In this document: positions 37,758 through 48,650 of the stretch, one piece after another
Layout: every line of letters begins with the position of its first letter
Position numbering within the stretch: the first letter of the stretch is position 1
Assembly (NCBI GenBank): GCA_965247115.1
Contig: CBDFGR010000002.1
Location: forward strand, 1,408,001-1,472,000
Reading direction: 5' to 3'
Source of the DNA: Myxococcota bacterium
GTDB lineage: Bacteria > Myxococcota_A > UBA9160 > SZUA-336
DNA: 64,000 bases
The notes under the pieces: generated by a model
The model's input: the letters and a program-made list of their open reading frames with translations, nothing else
Database searches by the model: none
What the model was told of the DNA's origin: nothing
Made by a program: the position numbers and the translations under genes

Positions 37758-39246
37758 CGCGCGGCCGCAGGTGGGGGAAAATCTTCACCTCGCGCAGGTG
37801 AGACGCGCCCGTGAGGATCATGCTGAGACGCCCAATCCCCATCCCCATGCCCCCGGTAGGTGGCATGCCGTACTCGAGCGCACGCAGGAACTCCTCGTCG
37901 ATCGGATGCGCATTTTCGTCGCCCTGTCGCCCGGCCTCTGCCTGTGCCGCGAAACGCTCACGCTGGTCGTCCGGATCGTTCAGCTCCGAGAAGGCATTCG
38001 CCAGCTCCATCCCGCCGATGAAGGCCTCGAAGCGCTCGACGAGCTGCGGGTTCTCCTCGGACCTCTTGGCGAGGGGAGAGAGGTCGACGGGGTAGTCGAC
38101 GACGAAGGTCGGCGAGAACAGGTCTGGCTCGACGGTCTTCGAGAACAGCTCGTCGACGAGCGTGGCCCAGCTCGGAGCGTCGCCTGGCGCAAGCCCCTGC
38201 ACGTCCGCCTGCTCCACCGCTGCGCGCAAGCTCTCGAGATCGGCTGCCAGCTCGATGTTCACTCCCGTGTGCTCCTCGATCAGCTCCGTCATCGAGCGTC
38301 TGGGCCACGGGGGCGCCAGGTCGAGCGTCTTCCCATCTCGTTCGACACGCGTGCTCCCGAGCACACGCTCGGCGGTCTCGGACACCAGTGACTCGGTCAG
38401 GTCCATCATGTCGCGATAGTCCGCATACGCCTCGTAGATCTCGAGCATCGAGAACTCGGGATTGTGCTTCTTCGAGATCCCCTCGTTGCGGAAGTCGCGC
38501 CCGATCTCATAGACGCGCTCGAGCCCCCCGATAATCAATCGCTTGAGATAGAGCTCGAAAGAGATGCGCAAGTACAGGTCCTGACCGTACGTGTGGTGGG
38601 TGGTGGTGAAGGGGCGAGCGTGCGCGCCGCCGTAGATCGGCTGCAGGATCGGCGTCTCGACCTCCAGGTAGCCCTGTCCGTCGAGTATTCCCCGCAGGGA
38701 GGAGACGATGCGGCTGCGCAGCACCGCGAGCTCGCGCGAGCGCGGATTTGCCAGCAGGTCGAGGTAGCGCTGCCGGTAGCGTGTCTCCACATCGTGTAGG
38801 CCTCCGTGCTTGTCCGGCAGCGGCCGATAGGCCTTCGACAGGAAGCCGAACTCCGTGACGTCCAGCGTGAGCTCGCCCTTCTTGGTGCGGATCAGCGGAC
38901 CCCGGGCCCACATGAAATCACCCACTTCGTAGAGCTTGAACTCGCTGTAGCGGTCGGCGCTCAGCTGGTCGCGCTTCATCCAGATCTGCAGGCGCGATCC
39001 GTCGGCCAGAAGCTCCACGAAGGCCGCCTTGCCGAAGGAGCGCAGGCTGACGAGCCTCCCCGCGATCGTCGCCTCTGGAGCCTCGCGCGCGAGGGTCGCC
39101 TCGTCCTTGTGGCCGTGGGCCTCGCTCAGCTCACGAATCGGGTGCAGCGGCTTCGGGACCTTCGCGGGGTAAAGATCGACGTTGCGGTCGACGAGCTCGC
39201 GTGCGCGTTTGCGGCGCGCGGCGAGGATCTCGGCTTCTGTGGCCAC
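37750..39246 (-). CDS. lysS: Lysine--tRNA ligase (class II)
   Basis: RYRQRYLDL, EVETPIL, GGAHARPF, FRNEG...HNPEF, YGMPPTGG.GMGI.R. Confidence 0.96.
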   Translation of the reverse strand: MATEAEILAARRKRARELVDRNVDLYPAKVPKPLHPIRELSEAHGHKDEATLAREAPEATIAGRLVSLRSFGKAAFVELLADGSRLQIWMKRDQLSADRYSEFKLYEVGDFMWARGPLIRTKKGELTLDVTEFGFLSKAYRPLPDKHGGLHDVETRYRQRYLDLLANPRSRELAVLRSRIVSSLRGILDGQGYLEVETPILQPIYGGAHARPFTTTHHTYGQDLYLRISFELYLKRLIIGGLERVYEIGRDFRNEGISKKHNPEFSMLEIYEAYADYRDMMDLTESLVSETAERVLGSTRVERDGKTLDLAPPWPRRSMTELIEEHTGVNIELAADLESLRAAVEQADVQGLAPGDAPSWATLVDELFSKTVEPDLFSPTFVVDYPVDLSPLAKRSEENPQLVERFEAFIGGMELANAFSELNDPDDQRERFAAQAEAGRQGDENAHPIDEEFLRALEYGMPPTGGMGMGIGRLSMILTGASHLREVKIFPHLRPRDA

Positions 39247-39249
39247 GCG

Positions 39250-40372
39250 CTAGCCCTCCGCCGCCACGAGGAGGTACGCACGAATCATCGAATCAATCCC
39301 GCCATCCAGGACTCTGTTCGCATCGCCAATCTCGACACCGGTGCGGTGGTCCTTCACCCGCTGGGAAGGATGTAGCGTGTACGAACGGATCTGGCTGCCG
39401 AAGTCGATCTTCTTCTTCTCTCCCTCCAGCCGCTCCTTCTCGGCCTCGCGCTCCAGGCGCGCCCGCTCGTACAGGCGCGCCCGCAGGACCTTCATGGCCG
39501 AGGCTTTGTTCTTGTGCTGGCTGCGCTCGTTCTGGCACTGGACGACCACGCCCGTTGGAAGATGAGTGATGCGCACTGCGGAGTCCGTTCGGTTGACGTG
39601 CTGACCACCCGCGCCGCCGGCCCGGTACGTATCGATCCGCAGGTCCTTCTCGTCGATGTTGACCTCCACGTCGCTGCCGATATCGGGCACCATCGAGAAC
39701 GATGCGAAGCTCGTCTGGCGACGCTTCTGCGCGTCGAAGGGCGAGATGCGAACGAGGCGGTGGATGCCGATCTCGCTCCGGAGGTGGCCGTAAACGTAGT
39801 CGCCTTCGATCGTGAACGTGACGCCCTTGATACCGGCCTCTTCCCCTTCCTGAATGTCGAGGATGTCCGACTTGAAGCCCCGCTCCTCGGACCAGCGCAG
39901 GTACATGCGCAGCAGCATCTCGGCCCAATCACAGGAGTCCGTGCCGCCGGCCCCGGCGTTGATCGAGACGATGGCCGAGTTGTGATCGTGCTCGCCAGAG
40001 AGCAGGCGCACGAGCTCCGCCTCCGCCAGACGTTCGCTGAGCTTCTCGACGCTCTCGGCCGACTCGGCAATGGTCTCGAGATCACCTTCCTCGACGGCGA
40101 GCTCGAGCATCACCGAGGCATCCGAGAGGAGGGTCTCGGTCTCGTTGAAAAAGTCGAGCTCCCGGGCAAGCTCGCTCTTCTCGCGCAGGGTCCGCTCTGC
40201 CTGCTCTCGGTCGTTCCACAGCTCCGGGTCTGCGGTGATCCGCTCTAGCTCGTCGAGTCGGGTGCGCTTCGTCGCGAGGTCAAAGATGCCTCCGCAGCTC
40301 CGCGGTGCGCTCGCCGAGAGCTCGTAGCTCGTCCTGGATCTCCTTCGCTCGTGAGCTCGCGTCTTCTGACAA
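39250..40372 (-). CDS. prfB: Peptide chain release factor 2 with programmed +1 frameshift
   Basis: SD GGAGGAG and TTG at 40372, 30 codons, then GGAGG-CAT-CTT-TGA-C shift site. The +1 frame contains SPF and GGQ motifs. Confidence 0.95.
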
Positions 40373-41906
40373 CCCAGACTCCTCCGATCCCGATCAGCAA
40401 TCCCCAGCAGGCCCAGACCACCCAGTCGCCCAGGCGCGTGTACAGCGTGGCTCCAGCGCGCGGGCGGGGTAGCACCGTCACGACCGCCCTGCGCTCGAAG
40501 ATTGGCGTCTCCTGCAGGACAATGCCACCCGCATCCACCACTCCGCTCACTCCGGTGTTCGCGGCACGCAACAGCGGCACGCCGTGCTCCGCGGAGCGCG
40601 TGGCCGCGATCGCCAGGAACTGGTGCGGCGCGCTGGTCCGCCCGTACCAGGCATCGTTCGTGAGGTTCAGCAGGACGCGCGCGCCATCGCGCACGGCCTC
40701 TCGAACCAGGTTTGGGTAGATCACCTCGTAACAGATGAGTGCGGCGGGGGCCGTACTCGTCGCCCAGGCAGCAGAGGTCTGCAGAACGCGGGGCGCCCCG
40801 CCCGGCGAGATGTCCTCCTGCGCCAGGCCCGTCGCCACACCCCGGAGAAAGCCCAGCAGGCTGCGCAAGGGGACGTACTCGCCGAACGGGACCAGGTGCG
40901 TCTTGTCGTAGCGATCGACCAGCTCTCCCGAGGAGCTGACCACGAACACACTGTTGAAGTAGCGTGGGCTGCTTTGGCCGAGAGGCCACTCGAATCCAAC
41001 ACCCCCCAGCACGACCGTCGCCGCGGTCTCGCGTGCCAGCCTCTGCACCGCCGCCCTGGCTTCGGGCTGCTCGTCGAGTAGGATGGGCACCGCGGACTCT
41101 GGCCACAGGATCAGGTCGACCCCACTCGAGTCGGGCTGCGACAGCTCGATGTGGACGCCAAAGTTCTGCATTGCGAGCTCCGGGTCCCACTTCTGCCCTT
41201 GCGGGATGTTTCCCTGGACGATCTGGACACGCAGAGGGTCGTCGGTCGCGGGCTGCGCCGCAGCCTCGAACAGGCGCCAGGAAAAGCCGCTGGCATGCAC
41301 GATGGCTACCACGATGATCGCCGCCCGAAAGTGCCGGAGACTCAGCAGCGAGGCGACGAGTGCGAGGAGGAAGCTCAGACCCCAGATCCCACCCAGCCCG
41401 GCCAGCTCGAGCACGGGCCCATCGCGGTGGACGGCATAGCCCAGGTAGGCCCAGGGGAACCCCCCGAACAGGTCGAAGCTGCGCAGGTGCTCCGCCGTCA
41501 CCCAGGCAGCAGGCAGCACGAACAACGCGGCGCGACCAGCGGTCGGCAAGAGCCAGCTCGTGAGCGCTCCCGCCAGCCCCGCGTGCAGTCCCATGTAGGC
41601 GGCGAGGCCGAGCGTGGCGAGGACTCCGACCAACGCGTTGGCGTGACCGTGGACGACGACCACGACGAAGATCCAGAACAGGATCACGCCGTAGCCCAGC
41701 GTGGCGAAGCCCGTGGTCCAGAGGAACGCGCGCCGCGGCGACAGACGCTCGAGCAACAGAGCGAGGGGCAACAAGGCCACCCAGCCGGCCAGCATCCCGA
41801 CGTCGAAGCGCAGCTCTCCTACTCGAAACGGAAAGGAGGCCGCGAGCAGAACCGCGAAGGCGACCCCCAGGCCCGGGCGCCCTAGCCGAAGCGCGACAGC
41901 TCCCAA
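40245..41906 (-). CDS. lnt: Apolipoprotein N-acyltransferase
   Basis: GFPW..LGY, VQGNI, WPESA, YDKTHLVPFGEYVP, ICYE, TNDAW, RAANTGVS; start approximate. Confidence 0.93.
   Translation of the reverse strand: MGAVALRLGRPGLGVAFAVLLAASFPFRVGELRFDVGMLAGWVALLPLALLLERLSPRRAFLWTTGFATLGYGVILFWIFVVVVVHGHANALVGVLATLGLAAYMGLHAGLAGALTSWLLPTAGRAALFVLPAAWVTAEHLRSFDLFGGFPWAYLGYAVHRDGPVLELAGLGGIWGLSFLLALVASLLSLRHFRAAIIVVAIVHASGFSWRLFEAAAQPATDDPLRVQIVQGNIPQGQKWDPELAMQNFGVHIELSQPDSSGVDLILWPESAVPILLDEQPEARAAVQRLARETAATVVLGGVGFEWPLGQSSPRYFNSVFVVSSSGELVDRYDKTHLVPFGEYVPLRSLLGFLRGVATGLAQEDISPGGAPRVLQTSAAWATSTAPAALICYEVIYPNLVREAVRDGARVLLNLTNDAWYGRTSAPHQFLAIAATRSAEHGVPLLRAANTGVSGVVDAGGIVLQETPIFERRAVVTVLPRPRAGATLYTRLGDWVVWACWGLLIGIGGVWVVRRRELTSEGDPGRATSSRRAHRGAAEASLTSRRSAPDSTS
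40279..40293 (-). promoter_or_regulatory. prfB +1 programmed frameshift signal
   Basis: Internal SD GGAGG, 3 nt, then CTT TGA C. Confidence 0.93.
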
Positions 41907-42322
41907 CGCAGGTGGTCCTCGAGCTCTCGCATGCGCCGCCCGTCGGCCGCGTTCTGGTGATCCATCCCCACCAGGTGGAGTATCCCGTGGATCGCGAGGT
42001 CCCGCACCTCGGAGTCGATCGAGACACGGCGAGCGGCGGCTTGACGCCCAGCCGTCTCGACGGAGAGCACGACATCTCCGAGGCACTCGCCGCGGAAGCG
42101 CGCCCCCGGTCCCTCCAGGAGCGAGAAGGCCAGGACGTCGGTCGGCTCCGCGTCGCGCCCGAAGCGGCCCGCCATCTCGGCAATCGCTGCGTCGCTCACG
42201 AGCGTGACCGAGAGCTCAGCGTCCGAGTACCCCAAGGCGCCTAATACCGCCTTCAGTCTCCTCCGGAGGGCGCTCCGGTCGATCGATCTGCCCAGGCTCG
42301 AGCCGTTCAGCCAGGCCTTCAT
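41882..42322 (-). CDS. ybeY: rRNA maturation RNase YbeY
   Basis: [25 protein letters not shown]. Confidence 0.92.
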   Translation of the reverse strand: MKAWLNGSSLGRSIDRSALRRRLKAVLGALGYSDAELSVTLVSDAAIAEMAGRFGRDAEPTDVLAFSLLEGPGARFRGECLGDVVLSVETAGRQAAARRVSIDSEVRDLAIHGILHLVGMDHQNAADGRRMRELEDHLRWELSRFG

Positions 42323-44624
42323 CCGCACCCTCGTCGAGCTTCTTGCCCTTGTTGTCCGTCGCCTCGGGATAGTCGATTCGCTCGTGCCGGATCGCACTGA
42401 GCGTGTCGATGAAGCTGCGGGCGATCGCGTGAAGGTCGCGAAGCGTCAGGCTGCAATCATCGAGCTGACCGTCGCGAAAGTAGTTGTTGATGAGTCGCTG
42501 GACAAGCTGCTGCACGCGCGCGCGCGAGGTGTCAGGCAGGGTGCGCGAGGCCGCCTCGACGGAATCTGCCAGCATCAGGATTCCGGCCTCACGGGTCTGC
42601 GGCTTCGGGCCAGCGTAGCGGTAGTCGTGCTCCGCAACGAGCTCGCCCTTCTCGGGGTCGGCCGCTTCTTTCGCCTTCTCGAAAAAGAAGCGGATTACGC
42701 TGGTACCGTGGTGCTCGCGAATCCCCTGCATGATGGGAGAGGCCAGCCCACTCGCCTCACCCATCTCAATGCCGTCCTTCACGTGCGCCTGGAGGATGCG
42801 CGCGGACATGGAAGGAGACAGCTTCTCGTGTCGGTCCTCGCCATCGTGGAGCGCATAGTTCTCGACGAAGAAGTGAGGCCGCCTCATCTTGCCGATGTCG
42901 TGGTAGTAGCCTGCAACCTTCGCGAGCAAGGCGTTCGCGCCGATGGCTTCCGCGGCCTTCTCCGCGAGGTGTCCAACCATCATGCTGTGGTGATAGGTGC
43001 CGGGCGCGCGCAGCTCCAGATCCCGCAGCAGCGGCTGCTCGCGGTTCGCCAGCTCGAGCAACTTGACGTCGGTCGTGTAGGAGAAGACGGACTCGACGAT
43101 CGGAGCCACGCCAGATACGAGCACTCCCGAGAGCCCGCCGGCGGCCAAGCCGAGTACCGCCGAGAGCATCAGGGGCGCGAGCGAGGTGTTTCCACTGAGC
43201 ATGCTGAGCGCCAGGATGGCCATGACGTTCGCGAAGCCCACGCGCATGCCGGCACGCAGGAGTGTGCCGCGCTGTGTGACCTGTGACGTGGCCACCGCCG
43301 CCGTCAGCGAGCCGGCAAGCGTGTAGAGGGCATACGAGAGCTCGCCGTTCACTTGCAGCCCTGCGAGGAGCGAGATCATGATGGCGAACAGCGCCGCGGT
43401 CTCGGCGTTGTGCACCATGCGCACGAGCAACGTCGCCGCCGCGACGGGGATGGCATAGTAGAGCAACCCGGGGAACGCCTCCAGCAAGCCCGAGAGCCAC
43501 GGGGTTTGTTCCACGGCTTTGGCCAGGAAGAGTGCGAAGCTCGTGAGGATGGCGGTCACGACCACCGCGCTGAGCAGGAAGGCCGCGTCTCGGGGAGCGC
43601 GCGGAAAACGCGGCAGGCTGTTCCTTCCGAAGCGCCAGATCACTGCCATGAGCAAGAACAGCACCCCGGCCACCCCGAGGAACTCCTCGAAGCGACTGAG
43701 CGCGAGCTGCTGGCGGCGAATTCCCTTCAGAATCAACACGTTGCGCTCGCTGATGGGATCGCCGTCGCGCACGATAATCTCGCCCTCGCGCAGCGAGATG
43801 GTCGCCTGCTTGACGCCCTCCTCGGCGGCTTTTCGTCCCTCTTCCGTGGCCCGCAGGTTGAAGTCGAGATTCGGACGCACCAGCTGCTTGGCCAGAGACA
43901 GGAGCGCCTTTTGTCTCTTGCTCGGCAGCGCGTCGAGGGCCGCGCGAGCCTGCTCCTCGATGAGCGCGCGGGCGCTCACCTGGGTGAGGACGGTCTGCTC
44001 CGGAGACAGCTTCTTCTCGTCACCCGTTCCGAGCTTGCGCACCAGTACGTTGCGAGTCTCGACGTGACGCGCGAACTCCGAGGCGTCGTCGACGATCATC
44101 TGTCCGACGGGAGCCACAATCAGCGTGAGGAGATGCTCGTCTTCGGAGCTGAAACCTGCCTCCGCCAGGTACGCCATGGCTGCGTCCGGGATCTCGACTT
44201 CTTCGCCCAGTGCCTGGCGGAACAGCCCCTGCGTTGAGGGGCCCGAAGGCTCCTCGCTTCCCTCCTGCGCTGCTAGCGCCTCCCGCGCGGCGAGGAAGGC
44301 AGGTCCCAGGCGCGCCTCGAGCGCTTCCAACCTGCGCTCGTCGAAGTCGTAGACCACTGACGCGTTCTCGACCGCGTCGCGGCGCAGCTGCTCGGTGGCC
44401 TGCTCGTCGACAAGCGTGATCTCTGTCGGCGCCTTGTAGTCGCGGTCCGAGATGTCGCCCACCCGGAGCGTACGCACCGAAGATCCCAGACCGGGAGAAG
44501 AGAGCAAGTCGATCGTCAGCAGCGCCGAGAGCAGCAAGCTGGCGCCGACTCCCGCGGCGAGCAGCCCGAGACTTCGCCGCTCGGGTCGGAAACGGAACGG
44601 CAGTCTGCTGTCTGGCATCGACAT
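42216..44624 (-). CDS. 7TM-HD (HDIG) phosphohydrolase, PgpH-like
   Basis: Extracytoplasmic domain, about 7 TM helices, [32 protein letters not shown] at 44624. Confidence 0.9.
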   Translation of the reverse strand: MSMPDSRLPFRFRPERRSLGLLAAGVGASLLLSALLTIDLLSSPGLGSSVRTLRVGDISDRDYKAPTEITLVDEQATEQLRRDAVENASVVYDFDERRLEALEARLGPAFLAAREALAAQEGSEEPSGPSTQGLFRQALGEEVEIPDAAMAYLAEAGFSSEDEHLLTLIVAPVGQMIVDDASEFARHVETRNVLVRKLGTGDEKKLSPEQTVLTQVSARALIEEQARAALDALPSKRQKALLSLAKQLVRPNLDFNLRATEEGRKAAEEGVKQATISLREGEIIVRDGDPISERNVLILKGIRRQQLALSRFEEFLGVAGVLFLLMAVIWRFGRNSLPRFPRAPRDAAFLLSAVVVTAILTSFALFLAKAVEQTPWLSGLLEAFPGLLYYAIPVAAATLLVRMVHNAETAALFAIMISLLAGLQVNGELSYALYTLAGSLTAAVATSQVTQRGTLLRAGMRVGFANVMAILALSMLSGNTSLAPLMLSAVLGLAAGGLSGVLVSGVAPIVESVFSYTTDVKLLELANREQPLLRDLELRAPGTYHHSMMVGHLAEKAAEAIGANALLAKVAGYYHDIGKMRRPHFFVENYALHDGEDRHEKLSPSMSARILQAHVKDGIEMGEASGLASPIMQGIREHHGTSVIRFFFEKAKEAADPEKGELVAEHDYRYAGPKPQTREAGILMLADSVEAASRTLPDTSRARVQQLVQRLINNYFRDGQLDDCSLTLRDLHAIARSFIDTLSAIRHERIDYPEATDNKGKKLDEGADEGLAERLEPGQIDRPERPPEETEGGIRRLGVLGR

Positions 44625-44632
44625 CGAAGACC

Positions 44633-45616
44633 CTAATCGCTGGAATCGACCCGCTCGTAGGCCTTGATGATCTCCTGCACGAGCGGATGGCGGACCACGT
44701 CCTTCTCGTTGAAGTTCACAAACGAGATGCCTGGGATATCGGCAAGGAAGCGCCGCGCCTCGATCAGACCTGAGTCGATACCCTTGGGAAGATCCGTCTG
44801 GGAGACGTCGCCGTTGATCACCGCCTTTGAGTCGAAGCCCATGCGGGTCAGGAACATCCGCATCTGCTCGCCGGTGGTGTTCTGCGCCTCGTCCAGGACG
44901 ATGAACGCATCGTTCAAGGTGCGGCCCCTCATGTAGGCGAGCGGCGCGACCTCGATGGTGCCACGCTCCATGCGTCGCCCGATCTCCTCCGGCTCGAGCA
45001 TGTCGTGCAGCGCGTCGGAGAGCGGACGCAGGTAGGGATCGATCTTCTCGAAGAGCGTGCCGGGCAGGAATCCCAGCTTCTCCCCAGCCTCGACGGCAGG
45101 CCGCGTGAGGATGATGCGGGCGCACTCGCGACGACGCAGCGCGGAGACGGCCATCGCCATCGCCAGGTAGGTCTTACCAGTACCGGCCGGCCCCACCCCG
45201 AAGATCATGTCGTGAGAGCGGATGGCGCTCACGTAGCGGCGCTGGTTCTCCGTCCGCGGGACGATGCGCTTGCGCCGGCCCACCTCGACTGCCTCGCCCT
45301 CGACGAGAGCCTTCGCTGCCGGGGAGCCCGAGCCGCCGTGTGCCAGGCGCGTGACCTGGAGGACGTCGCTCTCGTCGATGGGCAGCCCGGAGGCCACCAT
45401 GTCGTACAGGTCGCGCAGCACGCGCTGGGCAACCTTGCGCTCGAGCTTCCCGCCCTTCACGCGCACGCGGTTGCCGCGGGCCTGGATCTCGACGCCGATC
45501 TCCGCCTCGATCGCTCGCAGGAAGCGATCGTTCTCCCCGAAGAGGAGCTGCGCGATCGCGTTGTCTTCCAGTACGAGCGGGTCGTCGTCCGCCAAAGGGC
45601 CCCCATGGCTGGTCAC
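44633..45616 (-). CDS. phoH: PhoH family ATPase
   Basis: [48 protein letters not shown]. Confidence 0.94.
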   Translation of the reverse strand: MTSHGGPLADDDPLVLEDNAIAQLLFGENDRFLRAIEAEIGVEIQARGNRVRVKGGKLERKVAQRVLRDLYDMVASGLPIDESDVLQVTRLAHGGSGSPAAKALVEGEAVEVGRRKRIVPRTENQRRYVSAIRSHDMIFGVGPAGTGKTYLAMAMAVSALRRRECARIILTRPAVEAGEKLGFLPGTLFEKIDPYLRPLSDALHDMLEPEEIGRRMERGTIEVAPLAYMRGRTLNDAFIVLDEAQNTTGEQMRMFLTRMGFDSKAVINGDVSQTDLPKGIDSGLIEARRFLADIPGISFVNFNEKDVVRHPLVQEIIKAYERVDSSD

Positions 45617-45669
45617 AGCTGCCCGAATCAGGCCGCACAGTACTACTCCGGCCCTGCGTCCCTCACTGC

Positions 45670-46755
45670 TCAGTCCAAGCGCCGGGTCAGGCGATAGCCG
45701 TCCTCGGAGCGCGTATAACTGTACTGATCCAGGGGAACCGTCGCCAAGAGACGCTGGCGGCCGTCTCCCAGCGCGCTCAGGGACTGGGGGTAGCCCCCTT
45801 CGGCCCAGCGATGCGCCTCCAACGCGACCCGCAGCCGCTCCGTTGCTGCCGAAGCCCGCGCCTCTGCCAGGAAGGTGACGGGCAGGGGATAGTCGACCAG
45901 GCGCGGCGGCCGGAGCTGCAGGAGCAGCACTGCGAAGGCGGCACAGACTCCCAGTACCGCGTACGCCAGCATGGGTCTGGAAGCGTGGACCCGGACCCGG
46001 AGGGCTGCCGAGTCCGTTCCTTTCCGCATCTCGCCATACACGGCGCCGGCATGAATCAGGGCCATCAGGGCCCGAGCGCCCTCGAAGGTCCCCAGGCGCG
46101 ACAGGTCGATGACGCGGCGTGCGGTAGCCCTCCCATTTGCGAGGGTGAACAGCTTCTCCAATGCCGTCAGCTCGAGACCGTCCCGCTCAAGGTCCGCCCG
46201 CATGGCCCGAAAGCCCTCGAGGTCAACCTTCTGCGTGATGACGAGGGTCAGGTCCCGCAGCTGTCGCGCGATCGGTCCCCACTCGTCGCGCATCCGCAGC
46301 GCGTCCAGTAGCACCATCTCGGCGCGGACCGGCGACTCGTTCCGACCAGGCTCCACTGCGCACGGCTCGAATGCGAACTTGCCCTCGTCCCACAGGAACA
46401 GCTCAAAAATCGACTCGTCGTTGATCAGGGCCGCGAGCTGATCGATGTCCTCCTGGCTGAGGAGGCCGCGGGAGACAAGCACCTGCGGCAGGGGCTCGAG
46501 GGTCTCGGCCTGGATGCGCCACGCCTCGTCCAACGCATGCTCGGAGATCGCACCCGAGCGCAGCAACACACTGGCAAGGGCGCCGTCGGGCCGGATCTCC
46601 GCCGGCCTGGCGCGCAAGACCGATCCCTCGATGAAGAAGACCTCCAGGACCCGCCCTGCTCGCTCCACCTCGAGGCGGCCCGTCTTGGTCTGCTGGGCGA
46701 TCAGCTGGAAGACGTCGGCCGCCCCGAAGTCGCTAAGGACACCACGCAAGCTCAT
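45670..46755 (-). CDS. DUF4388-domain membrane protein with a pseudopilin-like C-terminus
   Basis: MSLRGVLSDFG..DVFQLI....KTG.L, W.EG.F.F, DEW; TM helix followed by LRVALEAHRWAEGGYPQSL..L. Confidence 0.75.
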   Translation of the reverse strand: MSLRGVLSDFGAADVFQLIAQQTKTGRLEVERAGRVLEVFFIEGSVLRARPAEIRPDGALASVLLRSGAISEHALDEAWRIQAETLEPLPQVLVSRGLLSQEDIDQLAALINDESIFELFLWDEGKFAFEPCAVEPGRNESPVRAEMVLLDALRMRDEWGPIARQLRDLTLVITQKVDLEGFRAMRADLERDGLELTALEKLFTLANGRATARRVIDLSRLGTFEGARALMALIHAGAVYGEMRKGTDSAALRVRVHASRPMLAYAVLGVCAAFAVLLLQLRPPRLVDYPLPVTFLAEARASAATERLRVALEAHRWAEGGYPQSLSALGDGRQRLLATVPLDQYSYTRSEDGYRLTRRLD

Positions 46756-48581
46756 TTCGAGACCCTGAGCTTGTTGAGCCGCTGGAATGACTCCCAGAGA
46801 CTGAGTCCGTAGAGCGGCAGCAGGAGAAGGGCGCTGAACACGCTCGGGAGTGTGGACGCCAGATCTCCAATCTCCCACGGTCCCGGCAATCTCGTGGACA
46901 CCAGGAGCAGGGCAAGGGCGACGCCGACCCCCGCAATGCGCAGGCACCCCGTCACGGCGCGGCCTTCGAAAAGCCCGGGCAGACCCGGCACGACGATGCC
47001 CGCTCCGACCAGGCCGACCCGAACACGCCGTCTGCGTGCACGGTCGAGATCGAGCTGGGCCCGCCGCAGGCGCGGGTCGCTGGGACCGGCCGGAGTACGC
47101 AGCCGCTGACACGTCACGCAGGTATCCGTCGCCACGCCGGGAGAACAGGCCTGGCAGATGACCTTGCTGCAGCCTCTGCAGCGACTGATGCGTTTGCGAC
47201 GCGCGACTGCGCCCGCTGCGCCCAGCGCGGGCAGGAGCAACCAGCTCCAGGCTGGCGCCCGCCGTCCGAGCGCCCAGCTCCGCACGTGGCGCGCCAGGTT
47301 GTCACCGTGTGGTGTCGGCGCAAGCGCTTGCTCGAGGAAGTACGTGAGCGGGATGTGTGGCTGGATCAGGTAGGAGTGGAGCGTCGTCCCGCCGCGTTTC
47401 GTGTGCTCACGAATCAGTGCGGGGTCGCTCTCACGGGCGGCCACAAAGAGCGCCGAGTGGTCTTCCAGTCGCAGCGCCCGACCGTACGCCTGAGACAGGT
47501 TGTAGAGAACGGCAGCCGACTCCTCCGCCGCCCGGGCATCCTCGAACCACTCGACGGACTCCTTCAGGTCCCCCCAGGCGAGATGGACGCTCCCCAGAAT
47601 GTTGAACGCCTGGGAGCGCAGGCCGGCGGGAGCGGACGCGGGAACCTCGTCCAGGAGCGCCTTGGTAGCCTGGAGATCCCCGCGACGCTTGAGCTGTGCG
47701 GCGAGCCCGAGGCGCGCCAGTAGCTGCCCATCCCGCGCCGTCGCGAGCTCCAGACGCTCCTCGTCACCGGGCAACCCCTGTCCCCGGTCCACGCGCCAGG
47801 CAGCCAGAAGCGTATCGGCGTGCCCCTGCACTGCGGAGAGGCGCGCCCAGTTGTCGAGGAGGGGTCCCGCCATGAGACCGAGGATTGCCATCCAGATGGC
47901 CACGCCGAAGGACTCGCGGGTCGGCAGCCGCAGCGTCGCCAGGAGCCCCGCCACGGCGAGGATGATCAGGGGACCCATGCCGAACAGGGGCAGCAGGGCC
48001 AGGACCCCGATGCCCAGTAGCATGCCGGGCCAGCTGGGCGGGTCGATGGAATCGGTGAAGTGGCCGAGCTCGTGTCCGTGAAGCGCGAGCGTACGTACAT
48101 AGCCGACGGACACGACGAGGGTCGTGGCCAGCAGTACTCCCAGTCCCAGCGCAACGCCAAGGGTCGACAGCAGCCAGAGCATCCCTGGAAAGCTGTGGAG
48201 CAGCGAGAAGGCCGCCATCACACCGGCCCAGCGATCGCGGCTTTGGCGGGCGGCCTCGAACAGGATTCCGGGGGTGGTGGGAGCGAGTCGCAGCGCCTTC
48301 TCGACGAAGTTGGGCCGGGTGCCATTCTTCGCCGCGTCCAGGGCCGCCCAGGCCAGGACCGGCAGGTCGCGAAAGCCGCGCTCCCGTAGGAGCACCTCGG
48401 CCTGCTCGAGCCTCACGCCAAAGGGAAGCTCGGCCACGAGTTCAGGCTCGGGAAGCGGGGCGGTGGGGACCTCTAGCGGGTCGGCGCGGTCGAGCTCCGC
48501 GCGCGCGCTACCGCACACGAGCAGCGTGGCCAGCAGAGCCACACCAAAGACGGATCCCCGCACGCTCCTCGCAGGACGCAC
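46752..48581 (-). CDS. TPR-containing multi-pass membrane protein with a Cys cluster
   Basis: Signal peptide, TM helices, TPR-like AFNILG...A..YNLSQAY, CxxCxxxxCxxC...CxxC; ATGA overlap with the DUF4388 gene. Confidence 0.7.
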   Translation of the reverse strand: MRPARSVRGSVFGVALLATLLVCGSARAELDRADPLEVPTAPLPEPELVAELPFGVRLEQAEVLLRERGFRDLPVLAWAALDAAKNGTRPNFVEKALRLAPTTPGILFEAARQSRDRWAGVMAAFSLLHSFPGMLWLLSTLGVALGLGVLLATTLVVSVGYVRTLALHGHELGHFTDSIDPPSWPGMLLGIGVLALLPLFGMGPLIILAVAGLLATLRLPTRESFGVAIWMAILGLMAGPLLDNWARLSAVQGHADTLLAAWRVDRGQGLPGDEERLELATARDGQLLARLGLAAQLKRRGDLQATKALLDEVPASAPAGLRSQAFNILGSVHLAWGDLKESVEWFEDARAAEESAAVLYNLSQAYGRALRLEDHSALFVAARESDPALIREHTKRGGTTLHSYLIQPHIPLTYFLEQALAPTPHGDNLARHVRSWALGRRAPAWSWLLLPALGAAGAVARRKRISRCRGCSKVICQACSPGVATDTCVTCQRLRTPAGPSDPRLRRAQLDLDRARRRRVRVGLVGAGIVVPGLPGLFEGRAVTGCLRIAGVGVALALLLVSTRLPGPWEIGDLASTLPSVFSALLLLPLYGLSLWESFQRLNKLRVSK

Positions 48582-48650
48582 TCGCTCCCCTCAGCCGGCG
48601 GCAGCCGGCCCCTGGTCTTAGTTCGGACAGGCTCAGCGGCCACTGAAGAC

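Noticed and set aside
39250..42183. 977-aa ORF that looks like a giant RF2 fusion
   Set aside because: Only the last part is RF2 (the +1 frame after the shift site). The rest is an off-frame reading of lnt and ybeY.
42216..42322. 107-bp overlap of the 7TM-HD gene with ybeY
   Set aside because: The overlap is real but depends on the ybeY start choice and shows no further signal; treated as ordinary operon compaction.
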